DNA of 64,000 nt, taken from the NCBI GenBank assembly GCA_964252035.1, contig OZ176207.1, one strand, 5' to 3'. Under the pieces are notes generated by a model that had not been told where the DNA came from, ran no database searches, and was given only the letters and a program-made list of their open reading frames with translations. How positions within the stretch are numbered: the stretch's first letter is position 1; each line of letters starts with the position of its first letter. Made by a program: the position numbers and the translations under genes. Positions 24,525-37,003 of this stretch are shown here, piece after piece. Source of the stretch: Podarcis erhardii. Taxonomy: Eukaryota.

Positions 24525-26729
24525 ATTTAAGTACAATTCTATGCAGAATACTATGCAAGGTGTTACTCTCATGTTACTACACACTTAGCAATGCAACATT
24601 GCTGTTCCAAATGACATGCAGTTTCTTTTTGCTGGTTTCTGAATGCTTTTAATTATGCTGGATGGACTGGGTGGTCCTGCAGGCAAGGTTTGTTTGTGTG
24701 TCAACTTTCTGGATCAGCTTCTGAAAACAATAAAACTAAAACAGCATAAGCTCTCACAAGAGATGCACTGCTCCATATCAGGATGAGCAAGAACTCATTG
24801 CCATTGCAGCAAGAAATGGGGGGAAGCACAGGCTGCAAGCAGAGGAGAGCCAGATGGACATGTGACCAGCAGCTTGGAGAATGTGTGTTGAGATGGCACA
24901 CAAATAATACCAGGAACCACAGTAATGCTGAACTGCTGCACCTCACGCAAATACTTTCCTTAAAGCGCGAGCTCAAATTCAAATGATTAAAGAGCCATGC
25001 GTGACAAAGGCAACACTGCAGACACATCCGTTTTGGTTTGGTTTTTATTGGCAAGTTGTGATACGTACCGACATGGCAAATACAGTCCAAGTCTGGAGAC
25101 AGACAACAGTTTTCAAGAGAGCTGAAAGTGGCATCATTTCCTAATGTTTGTGCAAATGTTTAGTTTCTGGCCTCTGGCCAAGAGTATGCAGGGCTTCGAA
25201 ACGCTACAAAACAAAACAAAAAATATCAGGATTTTATCCCATGAGGACAAAACCTTTGAATAACTATCTTCTGCTTCCCTTTCAAAACAACAACAACATA
25301 CAATTAGCTTTTTCACTGACCCATGGATCATTTTCACACCTACAGCTTCAACACATTGTTCTCACCTGACAGCACAACATATGTTAAATACTTTTTCCTC
25401 CATTGCCCACATAGCGCACATCTCTGTCTCCAAAGGCAAATGTGTCCTAATACATCAGTGACCAGAAAACCCTCCACTATGACTCATCCAAAGCAGCAGC
25501 AAAGGCAACAGCAAGTTTCAGGCTTTTCCTGCTCTTCCCACTCTGGATATGGAGAAACCATTCAGCAAAGGAGTTTCCTCCCTTCTGTGCCAGGAGTTTT
25601 CCTCCCTTTCTCTTTTTCCTCTCGAGTGCTTCCCCTGTTCCAGGCTACAGAAGTATCTGCTGAAGCAGTTTCAAGAACTTACTGCAATTGCACATGCACT
25701 TCCAGAATTAACCAAAGGAGTGGGAATGCAAACCACAGCTGCTCCAGGAAAGCAGCATCCATGAGCTGGCTCTTCAGATCGTTGAATCAGCCACCAGCTA
25801 AAGACCGTTTCCCCCCTTGAGCTATATGGGGCGATTTGACAGCTTTTCCAGACTGGCTCGGCGGCTGCTCAGTAAGCCTAATCTCCGCCATCTTATTGCA
25901 TCTTCCTCTCTCACCCACACACAGTCATTCCCTAAGAAGAACGGTCTGAATGGAAGTGGGAGCGGGGAAGCACATCTAAAGAGGGAATTTCCTATTAATT
26001 GCACTTTATCAATTAATAGCTTGCTGCCAAAAGGGGGGAGAGAGACAATCCACTGTGCCTTTCTTTGCCATATCATAGCCGATACCTAGGCATTCTCACT
26101 AATTCTCACATTTACATTATGTGTACATCAGTAGGGTTCACATCATAAGGAAAAAAAGGGGAAAAAACATCACTACAACGGCACATTTCAAGCTTTCACA
26201 TATCATGTAGAACTAAACTCTGACCAATTCCATCTCACACAAACAGAATTGATTCTTCTTACAGGTTTTAACAGTGAGCCCTTTTAAGATGGGATTCGGA
26301 AGTTAAGCTCCTCCACCTCCCAATGAAACAAAAAAAGGTGTTTTGTTTCAAACACTGTGAAATAGGATCCATGTAAGTATATGAAATGCTCTTCATCAAC
26401 CAAACTCATGTTTGGAATAAGTGCACTGAGTGTGGAGCTGGTCAGATTCCAGATCATTTCACATAATTCAGTTCCCTTTCGGTGGCGCTTTGTGAATGTT
26501 GCAATAAATAAACCACAAAGTATGTCAAAAGCCATTGTGTGTCACGTGATATCTCAGCACTGGATCCTAATTTCACCCTGGCATGAGGGACAGCAACAGA
26601 AACAGATCCTGGAGCATCTTCAGCTTAAGAGGTGGGGCTCCAGCAGTCATTTGGGGATGTATAAAACCTCATTTGAACTCTTGCTGCTGGGACGTAAGTC
26701 CTGTTGAAGTGAGTGAGAGCACATCCAAG

Positions 26730-26902
26730 CCATACATTTAAAAGACTCTCCTATCACTTTAAGAGTCACAGCTTCCCCTAAAGAATCCTGGGAACTGTAG
26801 TTAAGGGTCTCCTAATGGCACCTTTAACAAACTACAGCTCCCAGGATTCTTAGAAGGGAGCGACAGCTTTTAAAGGGTTGTAAGACGGCTTTAAATGTAT
26901 GG
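26730..26902. mobile_element. Palindromic MITE-like repeat (ATACATTTAAAGC family)
   Basis: Inverted termini CCATACATTTAAA / TTTAAATGTATGG; internal inverted arms GAATCCTGGGAACTGTAGTT / AACTACAGCTCCCAGGATTC. Confidence 0.75.
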
Positions 26903-27010
26903 TGTGTGGCTGTGATCTGAGAGGCTGCTGGTTTTGTTACCTGTTTAGTAATTTAGATCCCTTGCTGCTCACCTCCTTGGAGGGTTAACCCATCAGATGC
27001 AATTAAGAGG

Positions 27011-27640
27011 CACCACCAGTGCATGCTCTGGTTATCTCCCGCTTGGACTACTGCAATGCGCTCTACATGGGGCTACCTTTGAAGGTGACCCAGAAACTAC
27101 AACTAATCCAGAATGCGGCAGCAAGACTGGTGACTGGGAGTGGCCACCGAGAACACATAACACCAGTCTTGAAAGACCTGCATTGGCTCCCAGTACGTTT
27201 CCGAGCACAATTCAAAGTGTTGGCGCTGAACTTTAAAGCCCTAAATGGCCTTGGTCCAGTATATCTGAAGGAGTGTCTCCACCTCCATTGTTCTACCCGG
27301 ACACTGAGGTCCAGCATCGAGGGCCTTCTGGCGGTTCCCTCGCTGCAAGAAGCCAAATTACAGGGAACCAGGCAGAGGGCCTTCTCGGTAGTGTCACCCA
27401 CCCTGTGGAACGCCCTCCCACCAGATGTCAAAGAGAACAACTACCAGACTTTTAGAAGACATCTGAAGGCAGTCCTGTTTAGGGAAGCTTTTAATGTTTG
27501 ATGCATTACTGTACTTTAATATTTTGTTGGAAGCAGCTCAGAGTGGCTGGGGAGGCCCAGCCAGATGGGCCGGGTATAAATACATTACTATAATTATAAT
27601 TAATAATAATAATAATAATAATAAGATCATTATTATTATT
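27011..27640 (+). mobile_element. L2-clade LINE 3' fragment with open ORF2 C-terminus (27019-27501) and (TAA)n tail
   Basis: [56 protein letters not shown]. Confidence 0.93.
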
Positions 27641-30600
27641 ACACTTCAAGAGCTTATTTCATCCAGGCAAATGCTCTTGAGGAGTGTGGGTGGCAGGACT
27701 GGTGACGGTCCAGGGGGCTTGAGAGAGAAGCCTGAAGAAATGCCATTTGCCCCAGTGCCTGGGGTTGCTGACCCCTGCTGTAAGCATAGGTTGTAAGGTA
27801 TTTATGTGGGAGGAATGGATTTGGGCTGTCGATCAGAGTGTTTCAAGCTGTGCTTCCACCTATGTTCAACCTGTATATCTGTAAACAAATACAGATGCTA
27901 CAAAAAGCTAAATGACCTCCTTCCAAAGGAAATCAAGCCTTGGTTAGCACTATGCAACTGCTGGGCTGGCAACAAATAGTGCCCCTGTCTTCCCAACCCA
28001 GGTCAAGGTGCCCGAGGTTAGCCAAGTCACACTGGCACCTGCAGCAGAAAATCCTGCAAGCAGCTCTCCTTTCTCCAACAGTAAAAATACAGTAATAATA
28101 AAGAACAACCATTTCCTGCCCTTTCATTATATCCCAAAGCAGCTGCCTGAGTGGGTCACCTCACTATGCCTTGCATCCCTGAAGAATCTCACTAGAGCAG
28201 TGAGGTGCACATCGCACTTAGAATGAAAGGTGTGCATACAGTTTGTCCTTGGTAAATTTCAGTTTTCCTTCGGGGGTCTTGTGCAATGCACAAACCCCCC
28301 ACAGTGCAGGACTGTGATGATAACCAACCACCTAAAACTTTATTAAACAGGAGCAAAGCTACAAGTTCTATGTAAGGATAGAAAAACACAACAACAAAAA
28401 TGCCTGTAGAAAAATTACATGCCTTACGAATTGTTTTACAAGGTGAGGCATTTTTTATTATTATTCCTCTTGGAAGCCGTGTGTGTGTGTTTTGGAAAGG
28501 CTTCTCTTTGAAATTATGCAGATGTCTATGTGTTTTGGGGGGTGGGCACCCCTGGGAGTAGTGGGGGGAAACAGTAACTTTCTTTTTCTTCATAATATAA
28601 AAACCTCCCCAAACACCTCTCTCTCACACACAAATAATTTATTGTGCCTCTGAGACCTCACGGAGTGATTATCTTTTTCAGCTGCAGTGGAATTTTCAAG
28701 TGCAATACATAGCAAAATAATATCTCCTCTGCGGGAGAGGAGGATGGAAAACCAGCTGAGACAGGGGATGAAATGGAGTATCCCGAAGAAGAGCATTCTA
28801 CGTGGCAACCTTTTCTTGTACACCCTGTTTGCATTACACTATTAGTAACTTGTGTGGGTACAGTTAGGATGAATAAGGGAGCAACCCTACACACAAGAAG
28901 CTGGCGTAAAGCAAGCTGGCGCAAGTTATGTCCTTGCCAGATACTGTTTGGCTACAGCTTCCATCTCCCTTATCGTTAGCTAAGCAAACAGATTATGCTG
29001 TGTTAATTGCCTCAGTAGTCAGCAATCTTTTCAGAGAGAAGGCGGCTGGGGAAACCTACCACAGGTGGCAGAATTATGTGTTGAAGCAATATATGTGGAA
29101 GAGTCTTCACTCTGAGGTCATCTGCGGTTCCCACTGCATGTGGTCTGGTCATGAAGCAATGCTGACCACCCAGATCAGCTGACTTTATTGAACTTGCTGG
29201 GTGGAGTGGAGACTGACTCAGGTGGTTCTCCCTCCCCTTCTGTGTCATCTGGCAACAACATGGCAGGTCCTGCTCCCATGTCATTGCTCAAGCTCCCTCC
29301 CACTCCTCTTCCTCCTCCAGCAAATCTTGCCATGCCCATCCTGGTTGATGCCATGGGACTCACAACAGAACTTGCAGAAACGCTGATGTGTTATAAATCC
29401 CTTTGACATTTGAATCAAGGAAGCAATTCATAAATGAAATTAATATTAACAACAATTGGGGGGTGTTTGCAGACTCCTGCAGGCTGCAGATACCTTGCAG
29501 GATTTCTGAGGGAGCTCAATTTTGGATGTTCAGTGTGGAAGGAATCTGGAACTGGACATTCCTTTTAACTTTTTGGTTAAGTGCCATTTTAAATGATCTT
29601 GGCTTGTTTTACACATGGCTGCTTGGGACGGTGAAGGATGACTTGACTATGGAGGAAGGAGGGGGAGGGGTTGTGATTCATATGGGCTAGAGCTATTTAC
29701 TCCCATGTCAACGTTTAATATTACAAAGATGCAAACGCTGATCTCCTTCGCCCAACCAGTCAGCTGCCCTTGACCTTAACGTCACTGCTTTTTAAATTTT
29801 TGTTTTCACCAGAGACTTTCTCCAGTCTTTCTTTTACGGTTTAATATAAACTCTGGGGTCCTGCTGGATGAAAGTGCTCTCTGTTTCCCAGCCGAGTTGT
29901 GGCTTTCGGATTTTACGGCCCCCAAAAATTACTTCACGATGATCCAGTGCACACATCACAGGCTGGAAACCACTTGGGAGTTGTGTTGGTAAAGGAAGCT
30001 GAGAGTTGCTGAAGTAGCCAGACTGAAATTTATAATGGTGACCTGGGCCCTGTCAGGTCTTTATGACAGTGTATAAAGTGAATTGCTGCTTAGTCACCAA
30101 TTTGGTTGGCAAGATTGGTTGGATTAGGAAATACATAAAAGGTCAGACAGTAGGAGTTTGTCTAGACATCCTATTTTGGATTCTACATAGCACTACGTGT
30201 TTCTGTAGCAACTCCTGCAAAACACTCATATTTCAGTAATATTTTTAAAAGATTATACATAGGTGTGTGTTTTCAGCAATAAGCTACATAGTTTTCAAAA
30301 AAGAAAGAAAGAGGAAATTAGCTTTTTTTATTTACTCTGCTCAGCTTGTCACTGGCAGGCAACTCCAGAAGGGGACGTAACTCACCCCTGCTCTCTCCAG
30401 GCTTTTGGCGATTCAGTCATGGAAGGAGAGGTGCTTCCCTCAGGGAAGACTCTGTAACTTGGAGGAACTTGTGGAAATATCTGCAGCAGGGCAGGGGAAG
30501 CCAAGGAGTCGGAGCTGCGTGTTTTCTTTTGACCACTAGATTGAATTAATTTACAGTTCTTCTGCTAGCGACTTGCGTAGACGGGATAGTGACCTTTCCA

Positions 30601-31818
30601 AAAGAGGGAGATAAAACAAACAAGTATGCCACCAGAGTCTCTCCTCTCAATTGGCAAATCAAATTATGCAATTAGAAGCGGGAGGCGTTGGGGCACAGCC
30701 CTAAACTTTACAAACAGCAACTCTGTTAGAATTTCTTTTTTAGAGGTATGCAGAGAGAGAGAGAGAGAACTCCAGTGAACAAAATATTACAGTGAAGGAG
30801 GAAAAGCAAGCTGCCAATGAAAATGGACTTTATGGACTGCTTTTTAACTTCTGTGACATTTTTATTATTGTTGTTGTTGTTGCTCCTTTCTTCAAGTGAA
30901 AAGTGGGGATATTTCCAAATTCAGGCCCTTCTGCTTTCCCCTCACCCTTTAGATTAAACTGATAAATTTAGGAACCCCAGCAGTTTTATTGACACTAATT
31001 GGATTTGCCAAACTTTTCCAAGTTGAATCACACACACATGCCAATTTACATGAAGCAGAATACAGCGATGAAACTTCTATTTTCAAAATCATCCTCAGAT
31101 TTACACTGTCTACTCAAGTAAAAATTAACCCAAAAATGAACATTCTAGACAGACCTTTCAACCGTGATGAGTTAAAGTTTCAAGCGTATGCCATTATATC
31201 ATGATTTATGTCATATGGTACCTAGAAAATAGGCTTTTAAAATAAAATCAGAAAGACCTGGTATGTATTTTTTTGTCACTGTTCATAATTGCAAATCTTC
31301 TGAATAAGTAAATAATCGAGCCCAAAGGATTTCACTTTGCCATCTGTTGACAGCAGCCACCTGAGGTCATGTGATGATGTCTCATCTCAGCATAATCAGT
31401 TTTAGAATAATATAATATAATGACACTCTTCATCATGGAGCTCAAATGGTACTTTGCAAAACTCGGTCATATTATCTCATTTTATTGATGAGTAACAGAT
31501 GAGGGGAATTAAGCAGATATTTTTTTTAAAAAGCACCAAGTACCTGCAGCTCCTTTTATGGAATCTACAAGTATTCAGCTCCTCGCCACCCCCTGTTTCC
31601 CCCCCACTGTCTGCTTTAGATTTTAATATCCGTAAGACCAGGGATTGCTCACATTTTTAACTATGAATCTCTCTATAAGGCACTATGGACACTGATGGTG
31701 CTATGTAACTAAATTATTCTTTTATATGTAAATCAAGTTAACTCACTCACTGCTAAGGTGTTGCTAGCTTAAGTTGCCAGTGTGCAGCAAATGGTTCCCT
31801 ATGCTCCTCATTCAGGAC

Positions 31819-31997
31819 AAGAGGCAGATTTAGGGGAGTGCAACCAGTTCACCTGCATTGGGCACGGAGCCAAGGGGGCACTGCAGGGAACACTGCAACA
31901 ATGACAAACTGCAGAAGGCGAGAGGCGGGGGGGGGCGCTGAATTTTGGCCTCGCACTAGGGCGCTGCCGAAATGTTAAAGCTCAAAGTCTGCCGCTT
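31819..31997. mobile_element. Probable hAT-type MITE
   Basis: Imperfect TIRs AAGAGGCAGATT / AAGTCTGCCGCTT; flanks share TCAGGA; GC-rich interior. Confidence 0.5.
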
Positions 31998-32154
31998 TCA
32001 GGATCCACACAAGGATCTCTCTCAATCGGTTGCTTTTCTCTGTTTTCCTTTCTTCTTCATGTTCACTTTTCCTGGCAAAATGACTGTCTCAGTAGCAACT
32101 GCATAGTAGGCAAAAAATCACCAGGTAGAGATTTATTCATCATTTACCATTTGG

Positions 32155-32865
32155 GTGAAGACCACAACTTTATTGATTACAGAATGTGAGCGGTATCGGC
32201 TTAGGCATTGAATGAACCCAACTATATCTGACTATATCTGACTCCTGCCCACTGGGCAGGGAGTCCGGTAAGGGTAAACCACCAGAAGGGGGAGCCCCGT
32301 CAATGCATACCAACTCAAGCTCCCCCTGGTGTTCCCATCGGGGTCGTGTCATGGCCCTAGCCCCGCCCCGGGCTTCGGACAAGATCCACACCCCAGGATT
32401 CCTTTAATGAAATATCCTTAAGCTTGGAGGGAGAGGTGATGGCCACACCTCCCATCCCCCATCATAAGGTCAAACAATGCCTAACCGCAACCCTAACAAA
32501 GTTGTGATGATTGCTACAAGGTAGGCGAAAACCAAATGGCCAGTGCCAATTTGCCAAGTGGAAAAATTCCCACCAGGCCCCTCAATGGTGACCAACCAAG
32601 GTCCATAGCAAGGCCAATGACTAAAACCTGCAAAATAGGGAGGGAGGGCAGGAGATTGAGGAAGCGAGCCAAAGAGGAAGCCCTCCAGCTCGCACCTCTA
32701 TTTAAATGGCCACGGCTGCGCATCCCCCGGCCAGTGGATTGGCTGGCCAGTCGCTGACGTGGCCGGGATCCCCTGGGCAACGCAGGATTACGTCCCCCAC
32801 CCCCGGAGGAGAGTGGGTGGCCACGCGGTCCACCACAACTCCTCCCCACACAGAAATGGAGCGGA
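32155..32865 (-). mobile_element. LTR-like or tyrosine-recombinase retrotransposon (DIRS/Ngaro-like) terminal segment
   Basis: CpG-rich; on the minus strand a TATA-like CATTTAAATAG (32698-32708) precedes AATAAA (32169-32174); the end GCCTAAGCCGATACCGCTCAC..CAATAAAGTTGTGG resembles recalled squamate YR-element repeats; no ORF. Confidence 0.45.
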
Positions 32866-33196
32866 TTAAAATGCAATAACTCATCAAATATTAAAAGCTT
32901 CCCTAAACAGGGCTGCCTTCAGGTGTCTTCTAAAAGTCAGATAGTTGTTTATTTCCTTGACATCTGATGGGAGGGCGTTCCACAGGGCGGGTGCCACTAC
33001 CGAGAAGGCCCTCTGCTGGTTCCCTGCAACTTCACTTCTCGCAGTGAGGGAACCGCCAGAAGGCTCTCGGACCTGGACCACAGTGTCTGGGCTGAACGAT
33101 GGGGGTGGAGACACTCCTTCATGTATACTGGGCTGAGGCCGTTTAGGGCTTTAAAGGTCAGCACCAACACTTTGAATTGTGCCCGGAAACGTACTG
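32866..33196 (-). mobile_element. L2-clade LINE 3' fragment
   Basis: Homologous to 27190-27520; ORF pieces [20 protein letters not shown] and RAFSVVAPALWNALP are in different frames (frameshifted). Confidence 0.92.
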
Positions 33197-33755
33197 CCAT
33201 GAACCCAAATACTCCCACACTTTAAAAAAAAAAGTTATAAAAAAATGTTTAGCAGCAGATTCAGGTCCCGGAATCTCAGACACCAGTAAAAAGCTACAAA
33301 GCGGTTATGCGGAGAACACAATTTGCAAGGGAGAAACAGCAGCAGGCAGAGGAAAGAGAATAACTCTTCTTTTGCCGATGACTTCCCCTCCCAACCCCTT
33401 TCCCCAGGTGCTTCCCCTCATCTATGTTGGGGTTTGCACCTGTGTACTGCCCACCTCTGTAGCATCACATGCACAAGAATCCGATCTCAATGCTCTCCCA
33501 TCCACCCCTGGTTTCCTTTCAATTTCAGAGAGTGGTAGGATTTGGCTTACTGCACAGTTGGAGGTTGCAGATTATTGCCTCTTCTCATGAAGCTGCCACA
33601 CAATTTCTAAAGCAGCCATTGCATGGCAAAGAACCATCTGTTTCCAATTAGCTGGCATTGGAAAGTTAGGCAACGCTGGAAACCATGCTCCCAGATGAGG
33701 TTTCCAAAAATCCACGCTTCTCTCTGCATCACCCAGGCTCCTGGTGCGACAATAG

Positions 33756-33895
33756 CCTGGAGATGAGGAACTGGTGGTCCTCCAAATGTTGTTGGACTCC
33801 AACTCCCATCAGCTCCAGCCTGCATGCCAGCGGTCAGGGGGTGATGGGAGTTGTAGTCCAAGAACATCTGGATGACCACAGGTTCCTCGTGTCTG
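33756..33895. mobile_element. Palindromic MITE-like repeat
   Basis: Arms GATGTTGTTGGACTCCAACTCCCATCA / TGATGGGAGTTGTAGTCCAAGAACATC; ends GAGGAAC..TGGTC / GACCACAGGTTCCTC. Confidence 0.75.
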
Positions 33896-34049
33896 TAATA
33901 TTCCATTATCTAAGTACAGATCAGGGAAATTGCCCCATCTCAACCACCATCTGCACCGGCATCATCAGTGTCAGCTGACCACATACAGCCAATCACCCAA
34001 CAATGCCTTCTAAGACTTTGCCTGCTTCTTGTATCTTACAGGTTACCCA

Positions 34050-34159
34050 CTGGGAGCTGGAGAACCTGAGCCGCTTCAGATGTTGGGCTCCAGCTCTCCT
34101 CAGCTATGGTGGCTTGGGCTGATGGGAGTCTGGAGGGCCACCACCATTTCCTATCCCTG
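34050..34159. mobile_element. Palindromic MITE-like repeat (family of 33756), degenerate
   Basis: GGAGAACCTG..CAGATGTTG..GGGCTGATGGGAG..CTGGAGGGCCAC..ATCCCTG. Confidence 0.55.
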
Positions 34160-35665
34160 TAGTAAAAATACTGGCTCACTGGCTTATGTCGGAGCTTGTC
34201 CCTTCCCTTGCACTTCTTCTTGGATATCTTCATTCAGCTCCGCTTCATTTGCAGGACCCAATCCAACAAGGAGATGCCCTGTATGCCTGCCTGCTGCTCT
34301 ACTTGCCATGTACAGATGCCACAAAAGAGACAAGATCGAAAGAACAAAGTGGCGACTTCTGGTTGGCAGGTATGTGTCTACGCTCGCATATGGATGTACT
34401 TAAAGTGAAATACTCTGGTCATTTGGCATCGCGATACAAAAGTAATTGCAAGCAAACAAGCCCTTCTTAGTTTGCCGAGGCTGCCAGTTGGCAGTGTTTT
34501 ATTCGAGTTATTTCGAGAAAATGAAATCAAAAATTATGGAAAAGTATCCAAGTTGCACATGAGCAGGCAAACACCTTCCTGTTTCCAAATTGTTTTCAGG
34601 CATCTTGCTTCTATCATGCTCCGCTAGTATATTGCCTGTAAAACAAGAGCTTATTTTTGTTGAAAAGAAATAAAATGCACCATGAAAGCCCTTGCAGAAC
34701 CACATCAAATGTCCCTAACTATTTGCCCCAATCTGCTAGCTATTATTATTATTACTCATATATTGCTGTCTGGGGAGACAGTGCTACAGCACACTTATCA
34801 AACAACCATCAAGAGCCTGCCCTGAAGAGATGAATGTCTAAAGGCAATTTTGGCCTGATTTTCAAAGACTTTGACCAGCCACTATTTACATGGACAATAG
34901 TGAGAGTTAAGTGCTCAACACCTTTGAAAATCAAGCCAAATTGTAAATAAATGTACTTCTTTCATGAGGAGCCTGGAGGTTATTTCTACTACATAATCAA
35001 AGCCATTTCCCCCCCCAAAAAAAAAAAATGCATTTATTCATTTCCCTTGTATTTCAGTGGGCAGTTTTATTGGCTGAAAAGGGCAAAAATTAAGTTTGAA
35101 AAATATTAAACTTCAAGCTTTTTTTAAAAAAAATCCCTTGCTTCATTTAACTAAACAATCATCCAACACAAGACAATTATCCAAATCTGAAAAATTTTCC
35201 TAATTTGCATCAGCTCACATGACTGGTGAGATATAGTATACTTCTCCAGTCTATGCTTTTTTGCTACATATAACAGCCGCTAAGACTGCCTGTTTGCGTA
35301 AAGTTCAATGGTGACTTTGCCCATTGGGATTAGTCAGGTGGAAGGTAGAGAGACCAGCAGGAGATGGAGCCAGGGCCATTGACAGGCGGAGCCACCCTCT
35401 GATTGGTTGTAAGATGGCAGGCAGGTGGGGCATATTGATGTTGGTGAAACAGTGCCCTGTTCACCTTAATGGGCGAGCCTCTATTGATAAAGCATGAGAT
35501 TGTGTTGCTGTGGCTTCTCCCACTTTGTTCCTTCTTCATTCTGTTTATTGCAGTTCTTCCACACATGCCTTTACAACAAACTTAAGGCTGCTTTGACCTT
35601 AGTGCAGGTAGAAAGTGGACGAAGGAGCCAGACAAAGAACAGGAAGGGGACAGATTGCTTTAGCT

Positions 35666-36054
35666 CAGGGGTCCCCAAACTAAGGCCCGCAGGCTGGATA
35701 AGGCCCGAGGGACTCATTTATCCGGCCCGCAGCAACCCTCGCTGCCGCCACCCACTCGTAACGGTGCTGCACTGCGTGGTTACCCACTTCTAGGTCGGAG
35801 GAGCACCGGAAATAGCTTGTGCGCATGCGCAAGCGTTATTTGCACATGTGCAAGTGTTATTTCTGGTGCACATCCAGGTCAGAGGAGGCCCATGCACATG
35901 CACACAAGCTATTTCCAGTGCTCCTCCGACCCAGAAATGTGCTGGAAATAGCGTGTGCGCATGCGTATGGGCACGTGCTCCCACGCCCTCCGGCCCGCTG
36001 CACGATCGGCAGTGGAGACACTGGCCCGAGGCACGGTAAGTTTGCTGACCCCTG
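35666..36054. mobile_element. Charlie/Buster-group hAT MITE
   Basis: TIR CAGGGGTCCCCAAACT / AGTTTGCTGACCCCTG; perfect 8-bp TSD CTTTAGCT with central TA, typical of the Buster group. Confidence 0.93.
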
Positions 36055-36974
36055 CTTTAGCTGCATCATCTTGAATCACAGATCTTGCATATCATAGAGT
36101 TGGAAGGGACCATCACTCTTGCTTCCTTATCAGTTTATATGCAGCATCTCAAGTTGTGTAGCCAGGCAATTCATTCAACAAGAAGAGTGAGATCTTACAA
36201 AGTCCCATTGCCTGGAGACCGGAAATAAAACTTGAATCAGGCATTCAAACTCATGTGGCCATAGGGTGGCTTAACATAGGTCAGCCCTCTATTGGGAGAG
36301 CTAATATTACAGGATGTATACATATATCGTAAGAATGAAGAACAGGACCTTTGAAGTTATGTTGTTTATACACTACTTTGGGGCCCTAAAGTGGTAAACT
36401 GAACATTAATGCAAAAAATAATGATGCAATAAAAGTACAAGAAATGCAAGAAATCAATCGACACAATCTACACTGGCAAATCATCAACTAGGCACCAGTC
36501 AAACTTGGATATGCAGTGCCCATCAACAGTTAGCACCTTGACTGCAAACTGAACAGAAACCCAAGTCACCTGATCACAATCTTCCGTACAATGGTGAGAT
36601 GTTGTGTTCTATTTAAATTATGGTAATTACTTGTAAATGTGCAACTATGTATACAAAAAAGGACATGCACTTTTCAGGCAAATCTGCATTCTCTTTTGTC
36701 ATTTTTTTTTGGGGGGGGAGACATTTCCTCTTTTTGATTCATCAGTTGATTCATCAGTAGCCACCTTTGTGGGATAAGAATGACTTTTCCACATGATAAA
36801 ACTCTGGGCCCCTCCAGGCATCCTTTTTATTGTGCATTCATGATGGTTTATGCTTGCTGTGATATTGGGGTGGCTATGCTACTTTCAGTGCTGCTTGAGC
36901 CTGCAAAAGTTTCGGGGCAGGAAAACTTCTCTATTAGCCTCTTGCAGAAATCATGTAACTTTTAAAACCACATA

Positions 36975-37003
36975 AAGTGGTACCTCGGGTTATAGTACCA
37001 CTG
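36975..37003. mobile_element. 29-bp collapsed derivative of MITE family A
   Basis: TA-AAGTGGTACCTCGGGTTA-TAGTACCACTG-TA: only the two termini remain. Confidence 0.75.

Noticed and set aside
25787-25789. In-frame TGA as selenocysteine or readthrough
   Set aside because: No selenoprotein-like context and no SECIS can be assigned; a uORF or chance is simpler.
25323-25820. 165-aa plus-strand ORF, the longest non-transposon ORF in the track
   Set aside because: Low-complexity Ser/Gln/Phe content crossing a polypyrimidine tract, with no domain.
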